A program made the translations under genes and the position numbers. A stretch of 64,000 bases of DNA from Acanthaster planci (lineage: Eukaryota), in assembly GCF_001949145.1 (NCBI RefSeq), contig NW_019091355.1:4700625-4764624 (forward strand), read 5' to 3'. Positions 53,301-61,685 of this stretch are shown here, piece after piece. The number at the start of each line of letters is the position of its first letter. Within the stretch, counting starts at the first letter, position 1. The notes under the pieces are model-generated. The model saw only the letters and a list, made by a program, of their open reading frames with translations. It was not told the DNA's origin and made no database searches.

Positions 53301-56300
53301 AATAAATAGGGTTGCAGAAGACCAAAACAATCATTTAAACATTGCACAAGCAAGGTAGCAAGCAAATCTCAGAAGAAAAAAAAAACCTGGGCACTCTTGT
53401 CTGGACGTCATTCAGTATTCTTTCGGCATTAACTAAACCAACACAAACACACTTTTTTTGCAGTTCTTAGGACATATTGTACAGTAGTTACTGAAGATGA
53501 ATGATGTTGTGGAGAACCATGAAGTGCTCAGTCCAAATTTTCTCAACGACGAAAATCTTCCCCACGACGCCGGTCAGGGCTTCAGCGCGTTCTTTCCCTA
53601 CCTGGGCTGTAGCATCAGGAGCAGCGTAGTGTTTCAACAGCAGCGATGCCACACCCAGTCGTCCATACTTGGCAGCCACGTGGAGAGGAGTGAATTCTTT
53701 CTGTAGTTGGATCAGATAAGAAACGAGTGTGGTTTTTAATTCCACCCAGGGGGCATAAACGGGTACCCTGTAAGGGCATAGCGGGTTATTTGTGGCTAGT
53801 TGACCTCGTAGCACCTGGAATGGTTGCACTATTGGTTTGATGCTCCCCAAGAGAGTTAAGATGTTTATAGGAATGTTTTGGGGCACATTAAGCAGGGATA
53901 CTAAGGTCTAAAGCACAATGAGATCCGTCAGTGGTGGAATGTGCTATATAAATTGGTCATATCGTTATTCCGACCACTGTTTTCAAATTGTACAACTTGC
54001 CTGTATGTCATGTTGCCTTAATTTTTGGTTTGGTTCTTGTATTAAACGGTGACTACAACAATTGTGGGTTCAATCTTTAGTTTACTGACAAACAGGCATG
54101 GCATACAATGTCTGTGATTTATTGTATCAATCAGAATTTCGACATATCTGGAAAAAAACTCAAATTGAGAAAGCATATCAGTGAAAACTTGACAAAAAAC
54201 ACCTCAACCTAACAAAATGCGGCCCAAGAGAGCACTGCCACTTAGACTTCAAGACACTTCAGTGACTCTTGCACAATGTAAATCAACATTTTGTGCCAAA
54301 CAAAATGTCCCTTTTCATCAGGAAGCCAAAGTGAGTGAGTGGTGTATCAAACCAGTGAGGTCGGCTTTTCTTTCCAATGCAAACTAAAAACGGAAGTACT
54401 GGAAACATGACCTCCACAAATGTGGACCAGATACAAAGATCTCCATCCGACCTCCACAAAGCGCATCATCCTCTAATGGTTTTCCAAAGTTCCCATTAGG
54501 GTCTATGAGCCTGGCTAACATTCTCAGAGACATGATTTTCCTTAATACCTTGGTCTGCATGGACAAGGAGGCCCCATGGTCCAGCAGCACGGCGGCCACG
54601 TCCTCCTTTCCCTCTCGGGCAGCGATGTGCAGTGCTGTGTAGTGGTCCCGGGTCTGGGCGTCAGGGGATGCGCCGTTCTCCAGCAGCAGCGTCACGATCT
54701 CCACATTGCCCAGCCGGGCAGCGATGTGGAGCGGGGTCTGGTTTTCGGCGGCCCGGGCGTCCACCTTGGCGCCGTTGCGCAGCAGGACGCGGATGATGTC
54801 GATCTGGTTGGCACGGGCTGCCAGGTGGAGGGCTGTCTCACCACGCTGACGTGCAGAAATGATACAACAAAAATAAATGAATAAATTTGAGAATGAGCGC
54901 TTAATGGAAGGATTCGTGACTTCCAAATCTAGTTATGTGGCTGACATTTAAAGGAGTAAATGGCCTGAATCTAAACAAAGGGAGACTGTGAAATTAAACA
55001 GGAGGTATTTCCAGGTTTACCTCAATTTCCAGGTTTGGGGAGAAAAACCACAAGTTAACACCTGCTTAATTTTGAATTCTCACCAAACATTACTTTTATC
55101 TCTCAACAGATCAGGAATATAACAAATCCATCGATATTTTTCAACAGCATACCAAGATTCATTTTTCAACCAACGGTACAAATTCAGCAGCAATCAAAAT
55201 CTAATGCTGCCATCCGTTTACACTCTTGGTCTTTTAGAACGTTTGGAAATGAGAATTAAGATCCTTACCTTTGAAACTGATACGACTGCAGCAGCTACAT
55301 ATGTCTTATTTTTGAAAAAAACGAATGAAGAGATTTCACATGAAAACATACCACGTTGGTTTCATCCACACTGGCACCATGGTTGATCAGGTAGCCCACA
55401 ATGTTGATGTTACCCATGAAGGATGCGACATGGAGCGGAGTCAGTCCAGACTAGAGAGCACGAGAATATTACCAGGTCAGAGGACAAAAATCAAACGCTA
55501 CATACTTGGCAGCAAGTCTCAAAAGACTTTATCACTGGCTGGAATGACAGCCTACTACTGACCAGCTTTCTGGTCAGCTCCCGTCCAAGGAAAAGTACGC
55601 TGTGCGGATTGTACAAAAGTTGGTGCTGAGGAAAATGTGCAAGTGTGTACAATGGAACCTTCTTTGCCCTTTGATGAGAAATTCTGTGGTAAAATACTCA
55701 AATTGTGCTCACTTAGGGGGCCTTACTCTTAAGCCTCCCTAACACATTTTTATAAATCAGCGTTTGCACTGCAGCCCCCAAAATGTGTGCCTTTTTACTT
55801 TGCTGGCACTCATGCTGAAGTCAAGAGAACTCAACCTGTGGAACACGGACCGTTTTCGGTAATTTTCGGTGATCATTCTTGTCAACGAGTACTTGAAAAC
55901 AACAGAGTGACAGGAGGGCTTATCTCTTTTCCTAATCGCAATATCAAAGCGATCATTTGTCTGAGGTAACCAGCAAGTGGATCTCACCTCGGTGGTGGCA
56001 TGGATGGATGCTCCATACTTCAGTAGAAGCTCTATCACTTTGACGCGGTTCTTCTTGCAGGCAATGTGAAGGGGAGTGAATCCGTTCTGAAGGAGACAAA
56101 CGTCGGGTAAAAGTAGTTCACTGCAGATGCTGACAGCATTAATTCCAATCCAGATTCTTCTCTTTTCACAAAAAGTTACGTGCTACTTGCCAATTTCTAC
56201 AACAAGGCACTGAAGGCAGCTAAAACTGAAGGCGGCTGTTGCCAATGGCTGGCAGAAATCCATTCTTCTATTGGAAGTGATTTGGCTGCCTTACTACCAG

Positions 56301-59300
56301 CCCAAATGAAGCATTTAGGACAAAGCCATGAATTAGTCCAATTTACGGAAGCTGATTCAGACATGTGGAAGAGCTAGGAGTTAACCGACAAACTGCTCAA
56401 TTCTAAAAGTATAGCAGAAAGTGTGACTTAAAAACAGCAGTTCTGAACCTCTCAACCAAAATCGTTCACCTTAACTTCAAAGGTCCAACATTTCAACATC
56501 TAAGAAATAATTACCAGAGCTCTGGCGCTGGGGTTAGCCTTCCTGTCAAGCAGCAGTTTGGCCACACGGTGGTGACCACAGTGAGCGGCCACATGCAGTG
56601 GGGTCAGGTAGTCCACGGTCACGTCATCCACGGGAGCCTTGTGGTACAGCAGAAGACGGGCACTGTCCACGTGATCACCTTGGGCTGCCATGTGCAGGGG
56701 TGCTAGACCATTCTAAAAAATAGATCAATCCGATTCATTATATTTCTTTTTCTTCCAAACCCTGAACCATGGTTCCAAATCCACATTTTTTGAAAGCTGA
56801 TCGACAAGTCGACAACTCATACCTTTGTCTTGGCAGAGATGGGAGCTCCTCTCTCCAGGAGTTGATCCACACATTGGTCATGTCCGCTACGGGCTGAACA
56901 GTGGAGCGGTGTCAGCCCATCCTGAAGTGAAATCCACGGAATTGGTTGATTTCTCAATTTTTCACCAAAATGGATCAATTACACCTGTGTTGGGTCTGAA
57001 GAGACTAGGATAATAGTATTTTTGTTTGGAGCATCCAATTTTCAAGGTCAATCCACACTTTGCGCGAAGCCAAACGTAAATGCAAATCTGAGAAGTCAAG
57101 GCAAACATATGGGCAGCAAATTCCCAGTAGCGAAAAACATCACCATAAATGTTGCCCGATGTACGTCAAACTTGTCATCTTTGTTTTTGTACCAGAGAGA
57201 TGGAAAGAAATTGAGAACATTTTTCCACTTTTTGGAGTGTTTTTCTGAGCAAGGGGATTGTTTACAGTCTGACCCAGGAACTACATTTTTGCAAACAAAA
57301 TGCTTGTGAAAAGTTTGGGTCTGCTGTGTATCACAAACGGTGTGTCATTTCTGACGGAATTTTTTGGACAAGGACAACTATTTTTTCAACTGATTATTTC
57401 AAATGCCAGATTCAGACCACTTTCCAAGCCCTTCGGTGATGACAAACTCACTCTAGTCTTGGCGTCAATCCTGGCTCCTCGGTCCAGCAGCGTGTTGACC
57501 ATGTTGACTCGGCCCCACTTGGCAGCCACGTGCAGGGGGGTGATGTTATTCCTGGCGGCGTGGTCCACCGATGCCCCGCGCTGGAGGAGCAGAGTGGCCA
57601 CGTTGACATGGCCATAGTGGGCCGCGATGTGCAGGGGCGTGAAGCCACTCTGTCAAAAAAGCCCATAATAGGTTTAGACTTTGAGCTGTCAGGCGATACA
57701 TCTGACAATTGTCATTTGGGGCTACGGCTATGTCAGTTGTTGGTATGTGCGCACTCATTTACAACTGGCCAAGCCACAAAGTTAATTCTAGACACAAGAT
57801 TAAGACACAGCCATAAATCAACCATAACTCTATAGGTACTGCCATAAGAAACCGTCCAGAATCGCTCAAATCTTCCACTCTCCTGAAAACCAATGGCACA
57901 GTCTGTGCTCCAATGGAAAGCAATAGTGACTGGATTCTTCTCGTAATACTTACAATTTCATGTCTATGATTTCCAATTCAGCATTTGAAGTGGTTTACAG
58001 ACATGTATAGGGCTTTGATGCTTCAAAAACTGCACTCTTTTTTGGAGGGGGGCCATTTTGTTTTGTCCTTACTGGTAGGTTTTTATTTTGCTTTGTTTAC
58101 ATATTCATTCATTCAAATATGTAAATGAAAAACTTCACCAAACTCCAAGACACAATGGCCCGTCATCCCTGTCATGTTCTCCTGTTGGGCACTATGTGTA
58201 CAGTTTATGGCAAGGCTGGATCAGTTTTCTAAATGGCAAGGGCGCCAACAAACCTTGCTTCAATTGATCGAATGGAGTGATCAAGCTCTTTCAAGGGCTC
58301 TCCTCCTTCTAAACTTGCTGAGAAGAATGAGGCTCAGCAGATCACAAACAACACTTGTCAATCAAGGTCCAAATAATCTAATTGGCAAGTGAATGGCAGA
58401 ACTACTGGTATGTACTGTCCCCTACCAAAGACGAACCTACTGACAATCTTTTCAAGTATCAGAATGCTGGAAAAGAATAGAGATACACGTACTGTCCACG
58501 GAGAATCATATGCTCACGGAGTGGAGCAATTGAATAACTGGAAATGATGCGGACGACTCAATCTCTATTCCTTCATATGATATACGTGGACAGAGAGAGG
58601 TGGAGACATGCAGTAAGACCCCCTCGGCAAGTGAAGCCAACTATGTACTTCATAGGACAAACAGAGGGCGCTGTTCAAAGCATTGGGACCCTCTCCATTA
58701 ACCAGCTCTTTTCAGAGCCAACACTTCCTCACAAGAGATATTTCTACGGTGTTCCCTACAAGCCTAATTCCCTTGTTTACAACTCCACCAGCAAAGCTCC
58801 AAACAACTTAACATGTACCACTCCTGCCATTTGAAGTTTTGCACAGTGAAGGGGGCAAGTCAAGTAATGAGTTTGCGGTAGCACCAGGCAAAGTGTTTCT
58901 ATTGTGAATATGTGCGATTCTGAAAAGTACCAGAGGGTACGCCACGTTTCAGACGGTATGCTCTGTCCATCATCAGGAGACTGCCTTCAGAACCACACAT
59001 GCTCACAAAAGCAATATATTTCGCATGGTGCTATCGCAAACCCAGTTCTTCTACCACCACTCCTATTCACATTTTGACAAGATTGTGTGGTTGAACAATA
59101 TTCCTCAAGTGCCCAAATGATTCAGTTCAGCTTTGTGGCGCCAAGGCCCAATCTCGGACACAAGCTGGCCCCTACCTTTGATGTGATGTCTGGGTTGTGG
59201 CCGCTCTGCAGCAGGAGCAGGGCGGCCTTTGTGTCGTCGCGTCGTGAGCAGATGTGCAGGGCGGGCAGTCGGGTCTTCCCCGCACGGTCATTCTCCAGCA

Positions 59301-59361
59301 AGACGGCGACGACTTTGTCATGTCCTTGTTGCAAGGCCACAGCGAGGGGTGTGTAGCCATC
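1..59361 (-). CDS. ANK2: Canonical ankyrin gene (ANK repeats-ZU5-ZU5-UPA-death domain-C-terminal/giant exon), spliced; partial at both ends
   Basis: Phase-consistent exon chain encoding 20 TPLH-type ankyrin repeats, [12 protein letters not shown] (ZU5-A), PRRRKFHK (ZU5-B), UPA and death domain in the order typical of the ANK1/2/3 family. Confidence 0.97.
2899..2976 (-). CDS. ANK2: Small exon ([26 protein letters not shown])
   Basis: CCGCAG|GAG...GAG|GTATGT, 78 nt. Confidence 0.8.
4975..5016 (-). CDS. ANK2: Small exon ([14 protein letters not shown])
   Basis: TTTTTCTCCTTAG|GAT...AAG|GTACGC, 42 nt. Confidence 0.8.
5412..5423 (-). CDS. Candidate microexon (VRHE)
   Basis: TTTTTGTTCGTACTCACTGCATAG|GTGCGCCATGAG|GTGCGA, 12 nt. 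Confidence 0.35.
8290..9141 (-). CDS. ANK2: Large C-terminal-domain exon, 284 aa, acidic Ser/Thr/Pro-rich
   Basis: CCTAG|GCC...GAG|GTAGGG, 852 nt, phase 0/0; matches ORF 8215..9138. Confidence 0.9.
9855..9884 (-). CDS. ANK2: Microexon ([10 protein letters not shown])
   Basis: TTTTTAAACAG|GAA...AAG|GTAATT, 30 nt. Confidence 0.75.
10569..10661 (-). CDS. ANK2: Exon ([31 protein letters not shown])
   Basis: ATCAG|GAG...GAA|GTAAGC, 93 nt. Confidence 0.85.
10988..11014 (-). CDS. ANK2: Microexon (DAGAAELYE)
   Basis: TTTCTTTTGTTTCAG|GAT...GAG|GTGAGT, 27 nt. Confidence 0.8.
12470..12529 (-). CDS. Candidate small exon ([20 protein letters not shown])
   Basis: TTTTCTCCTTCCAAG|GTA...CAG|GTACTC, 60 nt, open in frame. 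Confidence 0.45.
13671..13709 (-). CDS. ANK2: Small exon ([13 protein letters not shown])
   Basis: CTCTGCTCTAG|GAA...GAG|GTATTG, 39 nt. Confidence 0.75.
15019..15057 (-). CDS. ANK2: Small exon ([13 protein letters not shown])
   Basis: CACAG|GAA...AAG|GTATTG, 39 nt. Confidence 0.72.
15387..15422 (-). CDS. ANK2: Small exon ([12 protein letters not shown])
   Basis: TTTGTTTGCAG|AGA...AAG|GTACAT, 36 nt. Confidence 0.7.
16644..16721 (-). CDS. ANK2: Small exon ([26 protein letters not shown])
   Basis: GTTAG|GAT...GAG|GTATTG, 78 nt, phase 0/0. Confidence 0.72.
17687..17737 (-). CDS. ANK2: Small exon ([17 protein letters not shown])
   Basis: ATCAG|GAT...AAG|GTATGC, 51 nt, phase 0/0. Confidence 0.78.
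18442..18462 (-). CDS. Candidate microexon (IGGDSLQ)
   Basis: TTTCTGTAG|ATT...CAG|GTCATG, 21 nt; weak donor. Confidence 0.35.
19448..19491 (-). CDS. ANK2: Small exon ([15 protein letters not shown])
   Basis: TTTCTCTTTCCAG|AC...GGG|GTAATT, 44 nt, phase 1/0. Confidence 0.8.
20031..20195 (-). CDS. ANK2: Death domain exon 2 ([20 protein letters not shown]...EASLKH)
   Basis: CAG|CC...CAC G|GTGAGA, 165 nt, phase 1/1; L..AL..IGR.D pattern. Confidence 0.93.
21245..21448 (-). CDS. ANK2: Death domain exon 1 ([31 protein letters not shown]...KENAT)
   Basis: CAG|GT...ACA A|GTACGT, 204 nt, phase 1/1; death-domain W..L...LG pattern. Confidence 0.95.
22684..22762 (-). CDS. ANK2: Pre-death-domain exon ([26 protein letters not shown])
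   Basis: GCAG|GAT...ATG A|GTGAGT, phase 0/1; supplies the phase change needed before the death domain. Confidence 0.9.
22916..23073. repeat. Inverted-repeat element (MITE-like or hairpin)
   Basis: ACAATCAGGTTACCTTGCA ... TGCAAGGTAACCAGATTGT, 18/19 complementary. Confidence 0.55.
24025..24060 (-). CDS. ANK2: Candidate small exon ([12 protein letters not shown])
   Basis: AAACAG|ATC...AAG|GTAAAA, 36 nt, long upstream pyrimidine tract. Confidence 0.7.
25281..25310 (-). CDS. ANK2: Candidate microexon ([10 protein letters not shown]), NAGNAG acceptor
   Basis: TTTTCTCTTCTGTAG|CAG|AAA...CAG|GTACTG, 30 or 27 nt. Confidence 0.7.
25796..25813 (-). CDS. ANK2: Candidate microexon (REQYSQ)
   Basis: TTTCAG|AGA...CAG|GTAGGG, 18 nt. 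Confidence 0.55.
26819..26842 (-). CDS. ANK2: Candidate microexon (EYRMEKGE)
   Basis: TTTTTCTCTCTCTGTAG|GAA...GAG|GTATGC, 24 nt. Confidence 0.7.
26952..27011. repeat. Short direct duplication
   Basis: TTTCATAGGGGTACAACAACCCATGC present twice. Confidence 0.85.
30870..30917 (-). CDS. ANK2: Small exon ([16 protein letters not shown])
   Basis: CCCAG|GTC...GAG|GTAGCT, 48 nt, phase 0/0; acidic Ser-rich like the vertebrate post-UPA segment. Confidence 0.8.
31586..31606 (-). CDS. Candidate microexon (YKVCLLT)
   Basis: CTTCTTTTTTAG|TAT...ACG|GTATGT, 21 nt, phase 0/0. Confidence 0.4.
32223..32474 (-). CDS. ANK2: UPA exon ([18 protein letters not shown]...[13 protein letters not shown])
   Basis: TAG|GTC...AAG|GTAAGA, 252 nt, phase 0/0. 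Confidence 0.96.
33134..33362 (-). CDS. ANK2: ZU5-B end / UPA exon (FWLMDC...EVARSKDVE)
   Basis: CAG|G TTC...GAG|GTGAGC, phase 2/0. Confidence 0.96.
33487..33583 (-). CDS. ANK2: ZU5-B exon ([32 protein letters not shown]), GC donor
   Basis: TAG|GG...GCA AG|GCAAGT, phase 1/2; conserved [11 protein letters not shown]. Confidence 0.95.
35373..35571 (-). CDS. ANK2: ZU5-B exon (AQPVGNE...PRRRKFHK...LRLLCSIT)
   Basis: CAG|GCC...ACT G|GTAAGA, phase 0/1. Confidence 0.96.
35961..36166 (-). CDS. ANK2: End of ZU5-A / start of ZU5-B exon ([16 protein letters not shown]...KIKVGLQ)
   Basis: CAG|AT...CAG|GTAAAG, phase 1/0. Confidence 0.96.
36806..36963 (-). CDS. ANK2: ZU5-A second exon ([33 protein letters not shown]...YEGD)
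   Basis: CAG|T CCC...GAC G|GTAAGT, phase 2/1. Confidence 0.96.
40839..40937 (-). CDS. ANK2: ZU5-A duplicated cassette exon 2 ([33 protein letters not shown])
   Basis: TCCACTAG|C...GG|GTATGT, 99 nt, phase 2/2. Confidence 0.88.
42081..42182 (-). CDS. ANK2: ZU5-A duplicated cassette exon 1 ([34 protein letters not shown])
   Basis: CCCACCAG|T...GG|GTATGT, 102 nt, phase 2/2; similar to the end of the preceding exon. Confidence 0.88.
43219..43443 (-). CDS. ANK2: ZU5-A first exon ([12 protein letters not shown]...[14 protein letters not shown]), spectrin-binding
   Basis: CAG|G TTC...GG|GTAAGT, 225 nt, phase 2/2; DARGG signature. Confidence 0.97.
43872..43981. repeat. 31-bp minisatellite, about 3.5 copies
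   Basis: Repeated CACAAGTCCTCAAACATCCCTACAAGTCCGG-like unit. Confidence 0.85.
44241..44656 (-). CDS. ANK2: Linker exon preceding ZU5-A ([10 protein letters not shown]...SSIPIFAG)
   Basis: CAG|AAT...GG|GTATGG, 416 nt, phase 0/2, open and GC-rich. Confidence 0.92.
45170..45297 (-). CDS. ANK2: Linker exon ([42 protein letters not shown])
   Basis: CAG|CT...CCG|GTAAGA, phase 1/0; MTGD and GDDS motifs resemble vertebrate ankyrin linkers. Confidence 0.92.
45663..45972. mobile_element. MITE-like non-autonomous DNA element
   Basis: Terminal inverted repeats CAGGGTTCC / GGAACCCTG; about 9 internal copies of (T)CCATGAC(TTT); no clear target-site duplication. Confidence 0.7.
46071..46284 (-). CDS. Candidate alternative first exon (from ATG 46284) or 198-nt cassette exon (from 46268)
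   Basis: GC-rich island in an AT-rich intron; ORF in frame with a phase-1 donor G|GTTTGT matching the next exon; weak acceptor. Confidence 0.35.
46587..46661. repeat. 30-bp tandem repeat, about 2.5 copies
   Basis: ACTGAGGACAATAGGCTTCTTAAAAxGxTG-like unit. Confidence 0.75.
47671..47685 (-). CDS. ANK2: Candidate microexon (ELGSP)
   Basis: Pyrimidine-rich tract, TCTAG|AA TTA GGC AGC CCT G|GTAAGG, 15 nt, phase 1/1. Confidence 0.6.
49394..49447 (-). CDS. ANK2: Candidate cassette exon ([18 protein letters not shown])
   Basis: CCCTTTTTACAG|GT...CTA G|GTGAGA, 54 nt, phase 1/1, open in frame. Confidence 0.65.
   Translation of the reverse strand, partial: VVNSLSIKASVDGYCPP
50302..50377 (-). CDS. 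ANK2: Linker exon ([25 protein letters not shown])
   Basis: CAG|CCT...GAA G|GTTAGT, phase 0/1; PETM motif typical of the ankyrin linker. Confidence 0.93.
51033..51134 (-). CDS. ANK2: Ankyrin exon, repeat ~24 ([34 protein letters not shown])
   Basis: CAG|AAT...TCG|GTAAGG, 102 nt. Confidence 0.95.
51363..51461 (-). CDS. ANK2: Ankyrin exon, repeat ~23 ([33 protein letters not shown])
   Basis: CAG|CAT...AAC|GTGAGT, 99 nt. Confidence 0.96.
52006..52203 (-). CDS. ANK2: Ankyrin exon, repeats ~21-22 ([13 protein letters not shown]...QAKTK)
   Basis: CAG|AAT...AAG|GTAATA, 198 nt. Confidence 0.96.
52635..52832 (-). CDS. ANK2: Ankyrin exon, repeats ~19-20 ([14 protein letters not shown]...DIAAK)
   Basis: TAG|AAT...AAG|GTCAGA, 198 nt. 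Confidence 0.96.
53189..53287 (-). CDS. ANK2: Ankyrin exon, repeat ~18 ([33 protein letters not shown])
   Basis: CAG|AAT...CAG|GTAGGT, 99 nt. Confidence 0.96.
53602..53700 (-). CDS. ANK2: Ankyrin exon, repeat ~17 ([33 protein letters not shown])
   Basis: CAG|AAA...CAG|GTAGGG, 99 nt. Confidence 0.95.
53741..53970 (+). mobile_element. 5'-truncated SINE fragment with LINE-like tail
   Basis: TCCACCCAGG...TAAACGGGTACC core and AAGCACAATGAG...GTGCTATATAAAT tail; ends approximate. Confidence 0.5.
54549..54845 (-). CDS. ANK2: Ankyrin exon, repeats ~14-16 ([14 protein letters not shown]...SMQTK)
   Basis: CAG|CGT...AAG|GTATTA, 297 nt. Confidence 0.96.
55352..55450 (-). CDS. ANK2: Ankyrin exon, repeat ~13 ([33 protein letters not shown])
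   Basis: TAG|TCT...GTG|GTATGT, 99 nt. Confidence 0.96.
55988..56086 (-). CDS. ANK2: Ankyrin exon, repeat ~12 ([33 protein letters not shown])
   Basis: CAG|AAC...GAG|GTGAGA, 99 nt. Confidence 0.96.
56515..56712 (-). CDS. ANK2: Ankyrin exon, repeats ~10-11 ([14 protein letters not shown]...SARAL)
   Basis: TAG|AAT...CTG|GTAATT, 198 nt. Confidence 0.96.
56823..56921 (-). CDS. ANK2: Ankyrin exon, repeat ~9 ([33 protein letters not shown])
   Basis: CAG|GAT...AAG|GTATGA, 99 nt. Confidence 0.96.
57452..57649 (-). CDS. ANK2: Ankyrin exon, repeats ~7-8 ([13 protein letters not shown]...DAKTR)
   Basis: CAG|AGT...AGA|GTGAGT, 198 nt, phase 0/0. Confidence 0.96.
59176..59361 (-). CDS. ANK2: Ankyrin exon, repeats ~5-6 ([14 protein letters not shown]...PDITSK)
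   Basis: CAG|GAT...AAG|GTAGG, 186 nt, phase 0/0. Confidence 0.96.
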
Positions 59362-61374
59362 CTGATAGAAAAACACCCATGCCATAAAAAAATAAAAATT
59401 AGAACTTAAAAATTAGATCATAACCATCCTGTTTGGTCATAAAGGCATTATAACTAGGATTTCTACATTTGATATGATACATGTGCATTACATGTAAAGC
59501 TGGGCCAAAAGGTTTACATACACTTGGTAGAAAAAAACAGTTTTCCTCAATTTTTTGCAATTCTAATAGTTTTGCCAATTCTTTTTAGGAGGTCAGACCA
59601 ATAGTACCTCAACTTAATGTTCATGGTGTGTACTTCAATTGAAAATACTCAGAGACATTTATTATGGTTCAAAATATTAATATTTCTGGAAAAATTATTT
59701 TGTGAACATTTACATCTACCCCCTTATTATCTTTTAAAACACTTCAGAAAGTGGTCCACTGTGACTATGAGATGTGACAAAAATACAGAAAAAGACACTA
59801 AATATTCAGGTTGGAGTACGTAAAATATTGACTTTTTGTACACAAGAATACAGTACATGTATGAATCATGTCTCTGGGTGTTTTTATTTGAGGCATAAAC
59901 CATGTACATTAAGTACAGACCCATTTTGTCTGTCCTCATGAAAAGAAAAGTTGGTAGGAATGAGTGAAGTTGTGAAATTTGAGGAAAACTAGTTTTGTTC
60001 CACCAGGCGTATGTAAACTTTTTGCCCCAACTGCATGTCCAAACAGGAAATAAACAAAATAATACCACACATGAAAGACTCATAAAATTTCGATGGCCTA
60101 AAAAACACAAATTCACAGCATATAAAGACAATGGAAGCATGACAACATTGAATTAAACATATTTTTAAGGGGTTTTAGATTTCACACATCAGAACTGAGA
60201 ATCAATTTCATATGAAACTTAATCACTAGTAATCAGTTCACTCATTCTACACTTTATATTATAAGAAATAAAACACAAATGTTGAACACAGCACAAAAAA
60301 ATAAACCATGCAGTCACACATGTGGTGAGGACAGTACTGGCATATTCAAATTAGTAGAAACCAACAGGGAAAATTGATTTTTTTTTTCAAAGAAGAAAAT
60401 TACGTAGAAAGTAGTAAGATCCCAATGACCTTTCACAATTTAAAGATCAACTCAAAAGCTGATTCTCAAAAATTACAATCCTATCTTCAAGTATCATTTT
60501 GTTGTTTTTTTTTCACCAATATATGTGAAAGCAATTCCAGTATATGCAGCAGTGAACTGTTTTTCATTTATTGCTTAAACTGACGTCTCTTCCACTGAAC
60601 ATTTTCATTGTTCAAATGGACATGAGAAAATGCCAAAAAATAAATTCCCGGTTTCGACATCCAAAATCAACCTGACAAATCCTATAGCCCAATCAGAAAT
60701 ATGCAACGCTGTTAACTGAAAATTTGAACCAGTAACTGGGCCAGTAGCTGAGCTTAGGCTGGCAGAATCCTTTCAAGAGGACCGTCTGAGAATGATGCAC
60801 TCACTGCACACACCACCTTGCGCAATTTACGTGCACATGTACAGTAATACACCGTATCGCGTAACGTCCTGTCCAGCAGAAGAGGATGGAGGATGTTGCA
60901 ATTATTTGGGCTCACCTCAGAAAATTACTGCTTCGTAAAAGTTGTCTAATTGCAAAGGTTTTGAAAGTTTCTTTGCATAAAGGACTAGACTTTCATTAAC
61001 CCTTATGATTACAAATGTGAAGCTTGAACTCAATCAGACAAACAGTTTTGTTGCTAAGATCATTTGAAGTTCAAGGCTACATGCCCAACAGCCTGCGTAT
61101 AATGAGCAACACAGTGGAAGAATATAAATGGACTTTTTTGGCTGACCTGTCTCAAAAAACATTCACGCTACCTGTACATGTACGTGAGAACAGTACATTT
61201 GATTTTCACAAAATTGATGTCAAAATGACTGCAAAGAGTTACTTTAAAACTCCTAAAAGCTCCGCTCCTGAACAAAATACAATGTGGTGATATCTGAAAA
61301 GATGTCTAGTTCCCCTCTTTAGGGTTAAAATCCATGAATATTCTCTAATTAGTATCATGTTTCCTAGTTTCAAA

Positions 61375-61685
61375 GGAGACTGATGGTTAGAGGAGGGGTT
61401 TGTAACTTTTAGCCAAGGGTTCAAATCCACCTGGGGCTAGGAACATGCACATGTATGCATGATGTGTCCTTGGGCAAGCCATTTTACCCTATTTGCCTCT
61501 CTATGCCCTAGAGTATACGTGTACATGTAAATGGATACTGGCATCAGCTGATGAGGAAACTGCAACAGACTTCAGTGTGCCATCGAAAAGGAAGAGAAGC
61601 ATTTTAAGTTGTTTCTTGCTGAGGAAGTTGATAATAAGATCTGGTCTGATGAGCCATTCAGCTCGAGGCAAGGACTTGTCACTCC
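61375..61685 (+). mobile_element. Degenerate tRNA-derived SINE
   Basis: A-box-like TGATGGTTAG, B-box GGTTCAAATCC, then GTGTCCTTGGGCAAG...TTGCCTCT...TAAATGGATAC core typical of aquatic-animal SINE2 elements; ends approximate. Confidence 0.6.

Noticed and set aside
61548..61600. CTGATGA...GAAA hammerhead-like core
   Set aside because: Stem II does not pair, and the sequence lies within a degenerate SINE.
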